Source: Candidatus Tayloriibacteriota bacterium | GTDB lineage: Bacteria; Patescibacteriota; Minisyncoccia; Phycocordibacterales; PALSA-1337 | DNA: 52,572 nucleotides | NCBI GenBank assembly: GCA_037129895.1 | Contig: JBAXUB010000008.1 | Coordinates: 1 to 52,572 of the forward strand | Direction: 5' to 3' | Shown here: positions 49,748 to 52,572 of the stretch, in pieces | How positions within the stretch are numbered: position 1 is the first letter of the stretch | Layout: the number at the start of each line of letters is the position of its first letter | Translations under genes and position numbers: made by a program | The notes under the pieces: model-generated | The model's database searches: none | Told to the model about the DNA's origin: nothing | What the model saw: only the letters and a program-made list of their open reading frames with translations

Positions 49748-51022
49748 CTATTTCTTTCTAACTACCAATACCCCGAGATACCTGACCAGCAATACGAAAC
49801 TTGTCGCTATGAATGCGCCCACAGCCCAGCCAGCGATAACATCAGATGCCCAGTGAACATTGAGTACAACCCTCGTCATGCCTACAACGAAAACAGATAG
49901 CGAAAAAACCACGATCAGTAACTCTCTCTTTATATGTGTCTTTACTCTAGGTACGACTAGATATGTCAACAATACAAAGAATACTGCAGCCATACATGCA
50001 TGTCCGCTCGGGAAACTCGGGTTATCGGCCAATATAACCAATGCATTGTCAGGCCTCATTCGCATGAAGAATTCCTTCATGATACCGAGTACGAACAATG
50101 TCGTGCTAGTCGAGAAAATGAATATGAGACCTAGTCGCCATCTCTTCTTGATCATTAAAGATACACCGAACAATATTCCCAATCCACCAGTAACATACAT
50201 ACTACCAATAGTAGTCACGAAAGTAGCGACCGATATCACTATCGGGTAGAGATGACCGATCCTATCCATGAAAGTATTCACAACCACATCAAAGTTAGCC
50301 ATGAACGAATTACCAGACCAAGCATCCTGAACTGTAACTGCTAGTAGCACTAGAGAAATGATGTTCAGACCCAAACTGAATAATTCGTACTTTGCAAATA
50401 TGTGAAATCTTGAATTGATAAATCTATAGCCCCACATGATGAGGATCGCTAGTATGATTCCTGCAACGGCGATCTTTCCGAAATATCCTGATGCATAATG
50501 ATACCCTTCTCCAAAAACGTAACCGAGCATGATAGATAGTACTGCCCAACATACTCCACCTACAATATTATAGAACCAAAACTTCCCAGCCTTTATCTCA
50601 CCTGTTCCTACCAAGAAAGGCATGAGTGCCCTCGTGACTGGACTGAAACGCCCAAGTATCATCGCCTTGCCAGTGTGAGTATCTAACATTTTTCTCGCTC
50701 TATCGATATGCGCATCTTTGATGAAAAAATACGGTCGTAAACGTGCTATGAGTGAAAGACCGTACTTTCTACCAAGGGTAAAACCGATATAATCACCGAG
50801 CAGTGCAGCAACCACAGTTACAGAGATCACCCAGTATATATTGAACACACCCATTCTAGCCAAGAATCCAGCTACTATAATAGAGATGTGCCCAGGAATT
50901 GCTGTACCGATAAGGGGTAATCCCTCTAGTAGTACGACGAAAAACAAAAAAGGATAACCGCCAGCCACGACGAAACTCTCTATGTTTCTAGACAAAGCAA
51001 AAAAGAAGTGAGCGTAAGGCAT
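49748..51022 (-). CDS. DedA / PAP2 phosphatase fusion membrane protein
   Basis: GDYIGF.LGR..G and GRF.P..R (DedA); K....R.RP, SFPSGH, RV.LNVHWASDV (PAP2). Confidence 0.92.
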   Translation of the reverse strand: MPYAHFFFALSRNIESFVVAGGYPFLFFVVLLEGLPLIGTAIPGHISIIVAGFLARMGVFNIYWVISVTVVAALLGDYIGFTLGRKYGLSLIARLRPYFFIKDAHIDRARKMLDTHTGKAMILGRFSPVTRALMPFLVGTGEIKAGKFWFYNIVGGVCWAVLSIMLGYVFGEGYHYASGYFGKIAVAGIILAILIMWGYRFINSRFHIFAKYELFSLGLNIISLVLLAVTVQDAWSGNSFMANFDVVVNTFMDRIGHLYPIVISVATFVTTIGSMYVTGGLGILFGVSLMIKKRWRLGLIFIFSTSTTLFVLGIMKEFFMRMRPDNALVILADNPSFPSGHACMAAVFFVLLTYLVVPRVKTHIKRELLIVVFSLSVFVVGMTRVVLNVHWASDVIAGWAVGAFIATSFVLLVRYLGVLVVRKK

Positions 51023-51115
51023 ATAGCTGTCATTATTATAGCAGTATGTTATAATCAAAATCCAATAGGTTGATAACAACATATTATTAAGTAAACTAGA
51101 TAAATAACATCAATT

Positions 51116-51352
51116 ATGAAGAACATTACAATATACTCAACACCAACTTGTGTCTATTGCAACATGGCCAAGACATTCTTCAAGGCCAATAACATGACAT
51201 TCAAGGAATTCGATGTCTCCTCTGATCTCGAGAAGCGTAAGGAAATGATAGATATGACAGGCCAAATGGGCGTTCCAGTCATCAAGGTTGATAATGAAGT
51301 CGTCGTCGGATTTGATGAGTCAAAACTGAAAGCCGCGATTGGAGCCAAGTAG
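51116..51352 (+). CDS. Glutaredoxin / NrdH-like redoxin
   Basis: YSTPTCVYC, GQMGVPVI, VGFD. Confidence 0.92.
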   Translation: MKNITIYSTPTCVYCNMAKTFFKANNMTFKEFDVSSDLEKRKEMIDMTGQMGVPVIKVDNEVVVGFDESKLKAAIGAK

Positions 51353-51377
51353 AAGTTAAGCTAACTCTCTCAATTAC

Positions 51378-51416
51378 CAAAAAATGACCTTATAGAAAAG
51401 TTGGGTCATTTTTTTG
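51378..51416. terminator. Bidirectional terminator
   Basis: CAAAAAATGACC...GGTCATTTTTTTG. Confidence 0.75.
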
Positions 51417-51472
51417 TGCGGGTTGTGGTACGAATTTCTCGCAATGAGTAATATAGCTTGAATTTAGGTTAA

Positions 51473-52288
51473 TTAGCGACTATTATCCGGCAGAAAATTA
51501 TCCTTAGAAACAACCGACCTACCCAACTCCTTTTCAAGCTCCTTTCTAGCTACACCGGCAATCTTGCCACCACGGTTTGCATCAGATTTTATCTTTGATA
51601 CACCGACGGATTCTTCTTGACGATGAATCTCGGTAGTTGACCTTTCACCGAGCATTGTGAAGATCAATTCAAAGTCATCCATATGGTCTCGTAGATTTTC
51701 CCGTTTCAAACCCTTCAGTTTCTTGTAATCATTGGGAGTGATACCAAAAGTTGCCTTGGAGATCTCAGCTGTCAGGATTTCGTAATCCTTTTGTTCATTT
51801 GCTCCTCGATTTTTCCATTCACCTGTTAATTCCTCACGGATAGCTATGCCACGCATTCGTTTCTCGATCCAACTATCTGGATAGCCTTTGAGTTTATAGA
51901 GAAGACGAGTCCGCTTCGTAGCCAATTCTGGGTTTTCGATTTCTTGAATGCGTTCGTAACCGACTTTTGCAAGCCAACGTTTGAAAGGTTCAGCTTTGGG
52001 AGATGGTACAGACTGAATTATACGCAACATCCCTTCAGTATCGGCACAATCTGTTTTACGCATCTTGTTATCTGGAGCAAGCAACTTCAACTCTCGACAA
52101 GTTGTCGAGAGTTGAATACCTTCTTCATCTTTGACTCTTTCCTTCATTCTATACCAATAATCACTCGCATCTGTGGTATCAGTTAGAGCTTGAATAACAT
52201 CAACAACAGAAAACCACCATTCATTTTGGTAAATGGTTTTGCGTATTTGTTTCTTCTTGAATATGGCAATCTTTGTAACTGCTTCCAT
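51473..52288 (-). CDS. Bro-N domain protein
   Basis: WWFSVVDVI..LT, RIIQSVPSPKAEPFKRWLA, NLRDHM. Confidence 0.9.
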   Translation of the reverse strand: MEAVTKIAIFKKKQIRKTIYQNEWWFSVVDVIQALTDTTDASDYWYRMKERVKDEEGIQLSTTCRELKLLAPDNKMRKTDCADTEGMLRIIQSVPSPKAEPFKRWLAKVGYERIQEIENPELATKRTRLLYKLKGYPDSWIEKRMRGIAIREELTGEWKNRGANEQKDYEILTAEISKATFGITPNDYKKLKGLKRENLRDHMDDFELIFTMLGERSTTEIHRQEESVGVSKIKSDANRGGKIAGVARKELEKELGRSVVSKDNFLPDNSR

Positions 52289-52345
52289 ACAACAATTCTC
52301 TCACTTCAAAAAGAAAAAACAATATTGACCACTATAAATATCAGT

Positions 52346-52467
52346 GTGCGGGTAGCGAGAATCGCCCGCAGCTCTCACTCGCTACCCACTCGTTCGGCTT
52401 GGGCACCGCCTCACGGCTCGCTCTTGCTAGAGCTCGCACGTTCCGGCGTTCGATTCTCACCACCTCG
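52346..52467. mobile_element. tRNA 3'-end fragment (Gly-like, minus strand) joined to a GC-rich structured element
   Basis: Reverse complement of 52346-52364 is CGATTCTCGCTACCCGCAC (T-loop, T stem, acceptor); inverted CGATTCTC near 52451; internal GAGC/GCTC hairpins. Confidence 0.5.
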
Positions 52468-52517
52468 TCTCTATGATGCTAAACTCGCAGGCATAACATG
52501 CCTGCTCGTTTATCATA

Positions 52518-52572
52518 TGAAGCGTACCCCTTTTAGTAGACACTTTAGAAACCCGCCCCCGCGCCTTCTAGG
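52518..52572 (+). mobile_element. Probable IS3-family end at the window edge
   Basis: TGAAGCGTACCCCTTTTAGTAGACA shares the TGA...GTACCCC...GACA pattern; sequence stops soon after. Confidence 0.5.

Overview
This is an AT-rich bacterial chromosome segment read with genetic code 11. Its gene content points to Patescibacteria/CPR, Parcubacteria-like (inference): short IF2 and RF1, no rimM between khpA and trmD, many class III signal-peptide (pilin) proteins, and mostly leaderless genes. Housekeeping genes: typA, truB, hisS, a UvrD-nuclease, rpoD, dnaG, rpoC, rpoB, trmD, khpA, rpsP, iscS-like, infB, rbfA, prfA, rpmE2, eno, gpmA. There are four canonical tRNAs (Ser, Glu, Cys, Leu), a type IV pilus/T2SS-like cluster, tRNA-anchored recombinase islands and several decayed genes. 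The main finding is a candidate regulon: three promoters share TTTATC-N5 direct-repeat arrays ending exactly 10 bp upstream of a -10 box. They precede the pilin gene, the pilB-pilC operon and a non-canonical 73-nt tRNA-like RNA (12172-12244). The extended anticodon-like arm of that RNA is complementary to the 5' end of an adjacent, separately promoted sRNA and to the structured leader of a 24-aa ORF 36 kb away. Other findings include hairpin-bounded in-frame insertions in typA and dnaG, a 21-bp palindrome family, solo IS3-type ends at tRNA 3' ends, a shared promoter/signal-peptide cassette pair, and orphan RNases with 3' structured RNA. All family assignments come from motif recognition by eye; no searches were run.
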